Below, one piece after another: positions 38,151-46,890 of a stretch of DNA of 54,279 bases. The notes below the pieces were generated by a model. That model made no database searches, was not told where the DNA came from, and saw nothing but the letters and a program-made list of their open reading frames with translations. How positions within the stretch are numbered: the first letter of the stretch is position 1; each line of letters begins with the position of its first letter. This DNA comes from Candidatus Thorarchaeota archaeon (lineage in GTDB: Archaea > Asgardarchaeota > Thorarchaeia > Thorarchaeales > Thorarchaeaceae): contig JAWAQK010000009.1 of assembly GCA_038893995.1 (NCBI GenBank), positions 1-54,279 on the forward strand, written 5' to 3'. Made by a program: the position numbers and the translations under genes.

Positions 38151-39239
38151 ATGGCGTTGATGGAGGTTTCTATCATACCCGCCAAGAAGAAACAAGTTGA
38201 CGATTCAGAATACTCGGAAGAGGATATTGATTACGAGGACTTTGAGAGAGAGCCTAGCGAAGTGAGTGACGAAACAACCGAGGCCGGCGAGACAGGAATA
38301 TCTGGGATTGATGTCACAGACCTGCCTGGTGTGGGGCCAGCCATTGGAAAACGGCTTGCAGAGGCAGGATACAGAAGCATCGAGGCAATTGCTGTCGCCT
38401 CTCCCGCAGAGCTAGCAGCAGCCGGTTCGATAGGTGAGTCCACAGCAACTAAGATCATCAAGGCAGCGCGAGAGATGCTCGATATAGGGTTCGAGACGGC
38501 AGACCAGCTTCTCGAACGTCGCAGGGTTGCAGGCCGTATCACGACTGGTTCCAAGAAACTGGATGAGCTCTTCGGTGGTGGTATCGAAACTCAGTCAATC
38601 ACCGAGGTCTACGGTCAGTTCAGGTCTGGGAAGACTCAGCTTGCTCACCAGCTTGCCGTCAACGTGCAGCTACCTCCAGAACGCGGAGGGCTCAGCGGCA
38701 CTGCAATATACGTGGACACGGAAGGTACCTTTAGGCCTGAGAGATTGGTGGACATGGCAATTGGCGTGGGGCTTGACCCAGCCAAGGTACTCAAGAACGT
38801 CGTCTGGGCCAGGGCATACAACTCGGACCATCAGATCTTGTTATGTGACCAGGCGATGGAGATGGCACAGGAGCGCAATGCAAGGCTGCTCGTGGTCGAC
38901 TCCATAACAGGCCACTTCAGGGCTGAATACACGGGCAGGGGGACACTGGCACCGAGACAACAGAAGCTCAACAAGCACCTTCACCACCTGCAGAGGGCGG
39001 CGGAGATCAATAACATGGCAGTCTACATTACCAACCAGGTCATGTCGAAGCCAGACACCTTCTTTGGGGACCCAACGTCTCCGGCTGGGGGACACATCCT
39101 TGCCCATGTTCCACAGACGAGGTGTTACCTCAGGAAGGCAAAGGGAGAGACTCGCATCTGTAGACTGGTTGACTCACCGAACCTACCCGAGGGGGAGGCA
39201 GTGTTCACGGTCCTCAAAGAGGGAATCAGAGATGTCTGA
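38151..39239 (+). CDS. radA: DNA repair and recombination protein RadA
   Basis: N-terminal HhH domain, FxxA (GFETA), Walker [26 protein letters not shown] and RLVDSP. Confidence 0.97.
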   Translation: MALMEVSIIPAKKKQVDDSEYSEEDIDYEDFEREPSEVSDETTEAGETGISGIDVTDLPGVGPAIGKRLAEAGYRSIEAIAVASPAELAAAGSIGESTATKIIKAAREMLDIGFETADQLLERRRVAGRITTGSKKLDELFGGGIETQSITEVYGQFRSGKTQLAHQLAVNVQLPPERGGLSGTAIYVDTEGTFRPERLVDMAIGVGLDPAKVLKNVVWARAYNSDHQILLCDQAMEMAQERNARLLVVDSITGHFRAEYTGRGTLAPRQQKLNKHLHHLQRAAEINNMAVYITNQVMSKPDTFFGDPTSPAGGHILAHVPQTRCYLRKAKGETRICRLVDSPNLPEGEAVFTVLKEGIRDV

Positions 39240-39280
39240 TCAGCCTCCTGTTCGATAAGAGACCAATCTGCGAGACAGGC

Positions 39281-40633
39281 CTACGAGAATCGGCATCTCT
39301 CGATCAGATCGAGTACTTCGGCGTTCCAGTGTTCCAGGTCCTCGGGCCTGGTTGGATAGTCGGAATACAACCGATTCATTCTCTTCATGAGGGACACAGC
39401 CCTGTTCAGTTGAACAAGGAGACGTGGCCGACCTATCCCCCTTCGGAGCCTCTTGAGCTTGGCTAGGGGACCGAGTGATATTCCTTCGCCCTGGTTTGCC
39501 AGGATGAGATCTGATGGCTCCAATATTCGTCTTGCAAAACCGAAGTCCAGATCGTCATCGTCGACTGCCTGAAGGAACCTACGGAATACCTCAAGTGAGG
39601 CAAGTCTCCGCCCGACCCCCGCCATGAACCTAACATTGTAACTCCAGAGTCCCCTTACACTCGTGTCTCTCCTAGCGATGGCCTCCTTTGCGGCTTCCCC
39701 TAGAACAGTGGCCGCGCGCATCCCGACGCCAATACCGCCGCCATGAATGGGATTAGCCTGTAGAGCCGCGTCGCCTACAAATGCAACCCCGTTGCCAACA
39801 CAACTCTTCAGAGGCCTTCTTACGGGTACTGCACCGCCTCCACTATGGATGACTTCCGACCCATAGAACAGAGGATTGTCCTCTCTGAACTTGAGCATCA
39901 GTTGTCGAGGGGAAGCACCTGCCCGCCCTCCGCCGATGCCCACCCCAGCATTGACCTCATTTGGACCTCTTGGGAACACCCATGCGTAGCCTCCGGGGGC
40001 AAAAGTGCTTCCTAGGTATACATGCGCAACTTCAGGCTCAGCAAGTGGCATACTCAGCCTGAGTATCTCCCTATGACAGAGAGCAACATCAGAACTGTCA
40101 ACGTATTTCTCGACGTACTCGTCATCAATCTTGTTCCGTATGACTGCCGCAAAGCCGGACGCATCTACGACAAGCTTGGCGTTCACAGATACACTCTGGT
40201 CGGTGTTCAGTCTCTGGTACTCGACGCCGACCACACGACTACCCTGGACCAGCGGTTCAGTAACATGACACTCGCACTCAACGCGCACACCAGCCTGGAC
40301 TGCCTCCAGAAGCAACCGCTGACCAAATCTCAGGCGATTGAGGGTCCATCCGTCGAAGTCTGCCCATCCACGTACTTTCATCTCTCCAGTCATGGATGGC
40401 GGGTATACATCGGCGCCTGCTATCCTGCCCGCCACCTCGTCGCCCATGGGATAATCGATCCCCGTCGCGTCGAAATGTGACTTACTGACTTCGTCACCGC
40501 ATACTTTGTTTCCGACCAGCTCACGTGACTTGCGGTCGAGAAGAAGAGTCTTCAGTCCCAGCTCCGCACATCGCCTGGCAGTCACGCATCCTGCCGAACC
40601 AGCGCCTACAACGACGACATCAACTCGTTCCAA
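39281..40633 (-). CDS. Geranylgeranyl reductase family (digeranylgeranylglycerophospholipid reductase-like)
   Basis: VVGAGSAG, KVCGD, PGGYAWVFP and VGDAA..ANPIHGGGI. Confidence 0.92.
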   Translation of the reverse strand: MERVDVVVVGAGSAGCVTARRCAELGLKTLLLDRKSRELVGNKVCGDEVSKSHFDATGIDYPMGDEVAGRIAGADVYPPSMTGEMKVRGWADFDGWTLNRLRFGQRLLLEAVQAGVRVECECHVTEPLVQGSRVVGVEYQRLNTDQSVSVNAKLVVDASGFAAVIRNKIDDEYVEKYVDSSDVALCHREILRLSMPLAEPEVAHVYLGSTFAPGGYAWVFPRGPNEVNAGVGIGGGRAGASPRQLMLKFREDNPLFYGSEVIHSGGGAVPVRRPLKSCVGNGVAFVGDAALQANPIHGGGIGVGMRAATVLGEAAKEAIARRDTSVRGLWSYNVRFMAGVGRRLASLEVFRRFLQAVDDDDLDFGFARRILEPSDLILANQGEGISLGPLAKLKRLRRGIGRPRLLVQLNRAVSLMKRMNRLYSDYPTRPEDLEHWNAEVLDLIERCRFS

Positions 40634-40742
40634 GGTTCCCTCGGCCTGAGGGATGTTGGGCCGAGATATAAATCAGAGGGCAGGACCTGAACAAGAGTGG
40701 TCTAGCAAGCGTTATCAACCGAGCGAGACATTCAGGGGATCG

Positions 40743-42047
40743 GTGCTGAGAGTGCGTAGCCTAGTAGTTGTCGGACTGCAATGGGGCGACGAGGGCAAAG
40801 GAAAGATCGTCGATTGGTTGGCTGAGAAGTTCGATGTGGTCTCGCGGTTCCAAGGCGGTCCAAACGCGGGTCACACCCTCGTGGTGGGGAAGGACACATT
40901 CCGCTTCAGGATGTTGCCATCTGGAGCTGCAAGAGGAAAGAAACTAGTGATTGGTAACGGCGTGGTTGTCGATCCACAGATCCTGCTCGACGAAATCGAG
41001 CAGGTAGAATCACGTGGCTTTCATGTTGATCTCCTGCTCAGCGAGAGAGCTCACGTGATCACACCATACCATGCTCGACTCGATGCGATCTACGAGTCAC
41101 ATAGAGCCCAGTCGAAGGTGGGAACCACGCTGAAGGGTGTTGGACCAACATACTCTCAGAAGGCCTCCAGGGTCGGGGTGAGGATCTGTGACCTGTTGCA
41201 GCCCAGAGATGCACAACAATGGTCATTACACGAGTCAGTCTCTCTCCGCGAGATCGGAGGGACCGTTGGACAGTCAGACACTGTTCCCAGGGATGTGTAC
41301 GAGGCGTGCGTCCGGGCAGTGACCAGGCTTGCAGGCTACGTTGGGGACAGCGGGGAATTCCTCAGGAGATCGATAGAGTCAGGCAAGAGTGTGCTCTTCG
41401 AGGGAGCCCAGGGGACAATGCTAGACATCGACCACGGGACCTATCCCTTTGTCACGAGCTCAAACTGTGTAGCGGCAGCTGCCTCAACAGGTACGGGTGT
41501 ACCATTCTCCATGTTGGACCGCATCATCGGCGTGTCAAAGGCATACACCACCAGAGTTGGCAGTGGGCCATTTCCAACTGAACTGAATGACGATGTAGGA
41601 GAGGCCATTCGGAGAAGAGGTAATGAATTTGGGACGGTCACAGGTAGGCCGCGGAGATGCGGATGGCTAGATCTGGTCGCACTCCGGTATGCCGTACGGG
41701 TGAACGGAGCAGCAGGGATAGCATTGACCAAGATAGATGTGCTGGAAGGCCTGAAGCCTCTCAGAGTCTGTGTGGCCTATGACATAGATGGGACGGAGTT
41801 CACGACCGTTCCGGCTCGGATAGAGGACTACTCAAGAGCAGTCCCAGTATACGAGGAATTGAGAGGATGGTCACATTCGGACTACAGTCGCGGCTCCACC
41901 GACCAGCTCCAGGACCTACTTCCCCCAGGGCTGAGTGAGTATGTACATCTTGTAGAGAGGTACACCGGCGCCCGGGTGTCTCTCATTTCTCTCGGTCCGG
42001 AAAGATCACAGACAGTCGTCATAGATGACGGACTGCTTGGCCCCTAA
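40743..42047 (+). CDS. purA: Adenylosuccinate synthetase
   Basis: GLQWGDEGKGK, GGPNAGHT, EGAQG, GTYPFVTSS and GTVTGRPRRCGW. Start is probably GTG 40743 or 40752. Confidence 0.97.
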   Translation: MLRVRSLVVVGLQWGDEGKGKIVDWLAEKFDVVSRFQGGPNAGHTLVVGKDTFRFRMLPSGAARGKKLVIGNGVVVDPQILLDEIEQVESRGFHVDLLLSERAHVITPYHARLDAIYESHRAQSKVGTTLKGVGPTYSQKASRVGVRICDLLQPRDAQQWSLHESVSLREIGGTVGQSDTVPRDVYEACVRAVTRLAGYVGDSGEFLRRSIESGKSVLFEGAQGTMLDIDHGTYPFVTSSNCVAAAASTGTGVPFSMLDRIIGVSKAYTTRVGSGPFPTELNDDVGEAIRRRGNEFGTVTGRPRRCGWLDLVALRYAVRVNGAAGIALTKIDVLEGLKPLRVCVAYDIDGTEFTTVPARIEDYSRAVPVYEELRGWSHSDYSRGSTDQLQDLLPPGLSEYVHLVERYTGARVSLISLGPERSQTVVIDDGLLGP

Positions 42048-42598
42048 CGGTGATATAGCTCCACAGCCAAGACCGAAACGACAACGATGGTCACAACGAT
42101 GACGAGAACCGGTGCCATCAGCTGACTGAGAAGACGACCGAACAGGTCCGTAAGGACGGATGGCTCGAGGATACTGAGTGGGTTCGGAAGATACTCACCG
42201 AGGTAGGCAACTGCGTAGAGGAAACCATAGACAGCAAAGATCGGATAGAAGATGGGGCCACCGGTGACTATCAGCAACAGTATCAGGACTGCAAGATAGC
42301 TCCTGGTGGGGTCCAGTATCCTGACTGGAACGCTCTCTTCATTTTCCAGTCTGAAGTAGTAGGCAATCAGGACTGTCGGTCTCTTGAGTCGGAGGACCTC
42401 AAGGATCTGTACTGCTAGCTGAACCGAGAGTAGACATGATGTGTGTGCCATCACGAAGAGCAGTATTAGCAGATTCAGGATCGGCAACGGATCACTAAGC
42501 ACCCTGACACTCATGACCAGTCCGACAAAGACGCAGAAGTTTATGAAGAACAGTGCGAGATGGAGGAGGGCTCCGGGCACCAACGACCTGGTCTTCAT
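42044..42598 (-). CDS. Hypothetical multi-pass membrane protein
   Basis: Four to five hydrophobic segments; co-directional with and 23 nt downstream of the GTPase gene. Confidence 0.72.
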   Translation of the reverse strand: MKTRSLVPGALLHLALFFINFCVFVGLVMSVRVLSDPLPILNLLILLFVMAHTSCLLSVQLAVQILEVLRLKRPTVLIAYYFRLENEESVPVRILDPTRSYLAVLILLLIVTGGPIFYPIFAVYGFLYAVAYLGEYLPNPLSILEPSVLTDLFGRLLSQLMAPVLVIVVTIVVVSVLAVELYHR

Positions 42599-42621
42599 CT
42601 CTCAGAGCTCCGAGTACAGTG

Positions 42622-43224
42622 TCACAGTGTTGATTCATGCAGATCTTCGGTCGATCCCATACCAGGTATCGACAGGGGATGTCCGATCTGTCGCTGCTTC
42701 TGCAGAGCAGAAACCACCATGTCGCTAAACATCTGTTCGACGTTATCTCCGGTCTTTGCAGAAGTCTCATAGTACATTACGTCGAGCCATTTCCGGACCA
42801 TCTCTCCTGCCTCAGGAGGTACGAGTCTGTCTGACCTGTCAATCTTGTTTGCCACGATGCTCACTACAGCGTTGGGACAGACAGTAATGAACCTCGTATA
42901 CCATTCACCAATATCAAGGAAGGTCTGAGGCCGGGTCACGTCGTACACTATCATGGCCATCGAAGCTCCCGCCATGAAGCGTCGTCTGAGTTCGTTGTAT
43001 GTCTTCTGTCCCGCAAGGTCCCAGATGACCACACGAGCAATAATCCGGCTGCCGTTGCTACTGTCGATCGTCACTGTCTTCAGAGCGATCGTCGTACCGA
43101 TAGTTTCTATGTACTTCTCACTGAAGCTCCCATCAGTGTACCTTCGGATCAGCGACGTCTTTCCGACGGCACCGTTTCCCAGGGCGACCAACTTGAACAT
43201 GTGCGAGGCGGATTCAGTGGCCAT
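42622..43224 (-). CDS. Rab-like small GTPase (Ras superfamily)
   Basis: G1 GNGAVGKTS, G2 TIG, G3 WDLAGQ, G4 NKID, G5 ETSAK. Confidence 0.95.
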   Translation of the reverse strand: MATESASHMFKLVALGNGAVGKTSLIRRYTDGSFSEKYIETIGTTIALKTVTIDSSNGSRIIARVVIWDLAGQKTYNELRRRFMAGASMAMIVYDVTRPQTFLDIGEWYTRFITVCPNAVVSIVANKIDRSDRLVPPEAGEMVRKWLDVMYYETSAKTGDNVEQMFSDMVVSALQKQRQIGHPLSIPGMGSTEDLHESTL

Positions 43225-43347
43225 CGCTTATCAGTCCGGTATCTTGCTTGCATTCGAGTCTGTCGTACACCCATTTAATAGTTCTTGTGACAATCATCGA
43301 GAAAGTAATATAGCCATTGTTGGAAACTCCTGAAACGAGTGATGTAG

Positions 43348-44112
43348 ATGGCAGAGCAGTTTCTCAATCGCCTGGCAGAGATCGAGAGGCGAGTGATTTC
43401 GCTCGAAGAGATGCTCAAACGCATGGTCACAATCCTCACGTCTGTCAATGAACTGAGATCTGAGCTCAAGGTGACACGAGACGAGATCTTGGGAGCAATT
43501 TCCTCTGGTAGCGGCGCCGCTGGAGACTCAAGCGTGGCCGAGGAAGTAGCAGGCCTCGTGGTCTCTGAACTTCAAGCAGTGAAGGATCAGTTGCTCACAT
43601 CCATGGCGGACGTCACTTCGTCGGTGGCAAAGATCAGTGCCGCGGGCGAAGGGCCTGCCACCCCCCAGGTCAACACAGACGAACTCAAGAGGATGATTCG
43701 TGACATGTTTGATGAATATAAGCTCGAGCTGGCTGAGCTGGTCGAGTCAGGTCTGTCACGGACAAGCACAGCCGTAGCTGAGCCTGCGTCGGCTGCTAGC
43801 GCCCAGTCCGCAACGACAACACAGCCTCCCGTTTCAGTGCCTCCTGACAAGTCAATGAAGATCGCCGCGGAACTCGACAAGATAGTGGAGTCTCTGAAGA
43901 TGGGGTGCATCGCGGGAGACGTGCTTGACACAATGGAGCAGGCCAAGACACAGATAACGAAGATAGTGCCCAGCGATCAGATCATGGTCAAGATAGATAA
44001 GTGGGCAGGACTCCTCACAGGATACTCAAGGCGGCACCAGGTCCAGGCCAAGGACATCATGAAACTGAAAAAAGAGATCAAGGACGAGATAGTCAGGTAC
44101 CGACCTAGCTAA
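43348..44112 (+). CDS. Hypothetical coiled-coil protein with flexible linkers and C-terminal helical bundle
   Basis: Heptad-like N-terminus, Ala/Ser/Pro/Thr linkers and an ~90-aa helical C-terminal domain. Confidence 0.78.
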   Translation: MAEQFLNRLAEIERRVISLEEMLKRMVTILTSVNELRSELKVTRDEILGAISSGSGAAGDSSVAEEVAGLVVSELQAVKDQLLTSMADVTSSVAKISAAGEGPATPQVNTDELKRMIRDMFDEYKLELAELVESGLSRTSTAVAEPASAASAQSATTTQPPVSVPPDKSMKIAAELDKIVESLKMGCIAGDVLDTMEQAKTQITKIVPSDQIMVKIDKWAGLLTGYSRRHQVQAKDIMKLKKEIKDEIVRYRPS

Positions 44113-44531
44113 TCACAGGAACCCTCTTCCACAAGTCTTATGGTTGCGAGTGCACGTATGATGTCACTCGCCGTGACTATTCCAATGGCCGCGCTGCCAC
44201 TGACAACAGGGATATGATGTTTCCCAGTATTGTCCATCAGCTTGACGACCTCCCAGAGGTCGGCGTCAGGAGTGACACTGACCAGAGGCGAACTCATTAT
44301 ATCACGGACCACTAGTGAGTGGAATGTCTGGTCGGAGAGTAACTGAGCCGAGATCACATCCCTCATGGTCAGTATGCCCACGAGCACATCATTTCTCATG
44401 ACCAGTAGACTGCCAATGTCCTCGACAGCCATGAGTTTGGCCGCCTCTGTCACCGGCGTATCCTCGTCTACCGCTACTATATCCGGGGTCATGAAGTGTT
44501 CAGTCAGTATCCGGACCATGATTCTGCTCAC
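44109..44531 (-). CDS. Stand-alone CBS-domain pair protein
   Basis: MTPDIVAV..TPVTEAAKLM...GILTMRD and IMSSPLVSV..ADL...GIVTASD. Confidence 0.93.
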   Translation of the reverse strand: MSRIMVRILTEHFMTPDIVAVDEDTPVTEAAKLMAVEDIGSLLVMRNDVLVGILTMRDVISAQLLSDQTFHSLVVRDIMSSPLVSVTPDADLWEVVKLMDNTGKHHIPVVSGSAAIGIVTASDIIRALATIRLVEEGSCD

Positions 44532-44534
44532 CTG

Positions 44535-45122
44535 CTAATCGCTGGTAGAGAAATACCGGTCATGAGTAAGCTTGACAAGCATGAGAAAGGCTTCTGAGAC
44601 ATTCTGGCCGTTCTCTGCTGACGTCTCGAAGTAGTCCGCCTGTAGCCATTTCTGAAGCATGACTCCGGTTTCAAACGGGACCATCCGCTTGTCCTTCAGG
44701 TCGACCTTGTTCGCGCATATGACCAGACACGCATCAGGACAAGAGTCACGAAAGGTTTCATACCAGTTGTTCATTGCCATGAAGGTTTCCGGACGCGTGA
44801 CGTCATAGACAAGGACAGCACCGTGAGCTCCCTTCATGAACTGTCGTCTGAGCTCCCTGTAGGTGCCCCGACCACCCATGTCCATGAGTCTTACGGTGAC
44901 CTCTCTCTGTGTGCCCCTGCTATCACGAATAGAGATCCTCTTCTCAGTGACAGTGGTTCCCATGCTCTGCCTGTACTGTCCATCGAATGTTCCGGTGACA
45001 AAGCGGGTAATGAGTGCGGTCTTGCCCACACCGGCCTCCCCTAGCATCACAATGCGGAGTTCAGGGTTGGTTCCAGATGGCACATCTGCCACTGACGCTG
45101 ATATATGGCCATCAATGACCAT
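44535..45122 (-). CDS. Rab-like small GTPase with atypical switch motifs
   Basis: G1 GEAGVGKTA, G2 region QSMG, G3 MDMGGR, G4 NKVD, G5 ETSAE. ATG 45122 is preferred because the longer ORF overlaps pheT. Confidence 0.92.
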   Translation of the reverse strand: MVIDGHISASVADVPSGTNPELRIVMLGEAGVGKTALITRFVTGTFDGQYRQSMGTTVTEKRISIRDSRGTQREVTVRLMDMGGRGTYRELRRQFMKGAHGAVLVYDVTRPETFMAMNNWYETFRDSCPDACLVICANKVDLKDKRMVPFETGVMLQKWLQADYFETSAENGQNVSEAFLMLVKLTHDRYFSTSD

Positions 45123-45216
45123 GGGGGAACACCTCAAGGGCCTTGCCGAGCAACAGCTACCAGATTCGTTGGGCCGTATATATCCTTTCTGCGAGCGTAT
45201 GACGATGGAGACTCTG

Positions 45217-46890
45217 CTACCAAGTCCCAGCGTGGGGTAACTGAATCTCAAAGGCCACAGCCGGTCTGGCGATACCGAATTTAGTAAGAACATCGGGGTC
45301 GAGTTCCCCGAACAGACCTACCTCATCATCATCTACGATGATGGTGCCGGATCTCCCCTCAATGAAAGAGGCATGCGGAGAGGCCCGAAACTTGAACCTG
45401 CCATCGAGTCCCAGGTTCCTGAGGACAAAGGCGATCTCGGACATCATCTGAGTGAGATTCACCCTGTCATCAATCGTCAGGCCACTCACTGATGGCACCT
45501 GCAGAGACCTTGTCTCTTTCGAGCTGTCCGGGATGACGATGTCGCCGACCTCGAAGAGCCTCTGCGGGTATCCCGCATGCTGATTCCTGGATGCAAAGTC
45601 CAGCAGGACCGGAAGGAGCGCATTCCTGAGCACACAGTACTCGCTGCTCTTCGGATTGGCCACACTGATCATGGGTGTGGCTCGATTCATTCTCGCATTC
45701 AAGACATCAGGGGAGGTCATGATGTAGTTCATGATCTCCTGATATGAACAACCTACCATCAGGTCGCGCACCTTGTTCTTGAGGCGGGTGCGGGGAAGCA
45801 GCTTGCCAGATGTCATGGTTGATGGAAACGACGGCTCAATTCGGTCAAATCCGTATCCTATTGCAACATCCTCGATGACGTCTACGTCATGCATTATGTC
45901 TGTCCGGTAGGCAGGGACCTCTAAGGAGACCACACCCTGCTCTGTGACCTGAGCTCCGTAACACATGCGGCTCAGACAGCGTACGGTCTCCTCGTCAGTG
46001 AGCCCGAGCCCAGTCAGCTCATTGATCCTTGCCGTACTGATCTTCCGCCGCTGGGGTTCAAGTTGAGGCGTTTCGTGAACATCTCCGCTGGGATACAGGA
46101 CCTTGACAGACTCAAGACGCCCCCCGACCTCTGCAAAAGACGTCATCATTATGTTGAGGGCCTGGAATACCGTCTGCAGATGTGTACCGGTCACCTCGAC
46201 GAAAATGTCCCTGTCATCCTCGGTCACTCGTCCGATGTCGTTGCTATTTATGATAGGCGGCAGACTCAGTGTCTTTCCCTCTGCGTCGGTGAGTATGGGC
46301 CATTTGCTGAACCCCGAGATGATATGCCCGTACAGCTGACCCTTGTCATGTTTCTCAAGGATCTCTGGGCCTGACATTGGAGCCTCATGACCCAGCGGTA
46401 CGAAACGAATCCGCTCCGGTCTTGATACAGAGTAGGTCACTGGAAAGACTATCTGGTCAAACACATACAGACCGATACTAGCCTTTCTCCTGTTCCTGCC
46501 ATGAGTGTCCGTGAGACGCTCCTGTAGGCGCATGTAGTCCCTGATGATCTCGTCGCTGATCTCGATGTCCCGGACTACCCCGCATGCGATGAATGGTCTG
46601 ATCTTCTCGAGCCCTCTGGTGACGATTACCTCCTTACCAGAGCTTCTCACCTGGTACCTCGCCGGTACCACTCCCAGGCCCATAAACGCTCTCAGGGCCC
46701 GAGATATCCCCTCAGTCGAGAGCATGTCCTGCCTGTCGGGGTTGACTTCGACGGCCAGAGTGTTGTCGTCAAGTCTCTCAGACTCGCACTTCAATAGAAA
46801 CAGAGCATCTTCTATCTGGTCGATCTTCACTTGGCCACCAAGTAGGCGCAGCAATCTCCCGATGTTGACATCGACTATCAATAGTATCAC
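45217..46890 (-). CDS. pheT: Phenylalanine--tRNA ligase beta subunit (archaeal/eukaryotic type)
   Basis: EVNPDRQDMLSTEGISR, GRNRRKASIG, LSLPPIINS and YRTDIMHDVDVIEDVAIGYG. Confidence 0.95.
   Translation of the reverse strand: MILLIVDVNIGRLLRLLGGQVKIDQIEDALFLLKCESERLDDNTLAVEVNPDRQDMLSTEGISRALRAFMGLGVVPARYQVRSSGKEVIVTRGLEKIRPFIACGVVRDIEISDEIIRDYMRLQERLTDTHGRNRRKASIGLYVFDQIVFPVTYSVSRPERIRFVPLGHEAPMSGPEILEKHDKGQLYGHIISGFSKWPILTDAEGKTLSLPPIINSNDIGRVTEDDRDIFVEVTGTHLQTVFQALNIMMTSFAEVGGRLESVKVLYPSGDVHETPQLEPQRRKISTARINELTGLGLTDEETVRCLSRMCYGAQVTEQGVVSLEVPAYRTDIMHDVDVIEDVAIGYGFDRIEPSFPSTMTSGKLLPRTRLKNKVRDLMVGCSYQEIMNYIMTSPDVLNARMNRATPMISVANPKSSEYCVLRNALLPVLLDFASRNQHAGYPQRLFEVGDIVIPDSSKETRSLQVPSVSGLTIDDRVNLTQMMSEIAFVLRNLGLDGRFKFRASPHASFIEGRSGTIIVDDDEVGLFGELDPDVLTKFGIARPAVAFEIQLPHAGTW

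Noticed and set aside
45123-45293. 57-aa N-terminal extension of the second GTPase
   Set aside because: It overlaps the pheT 3' end and looks non-coding; ATG 45122 has a plausible upstream SD (GAGGTG).
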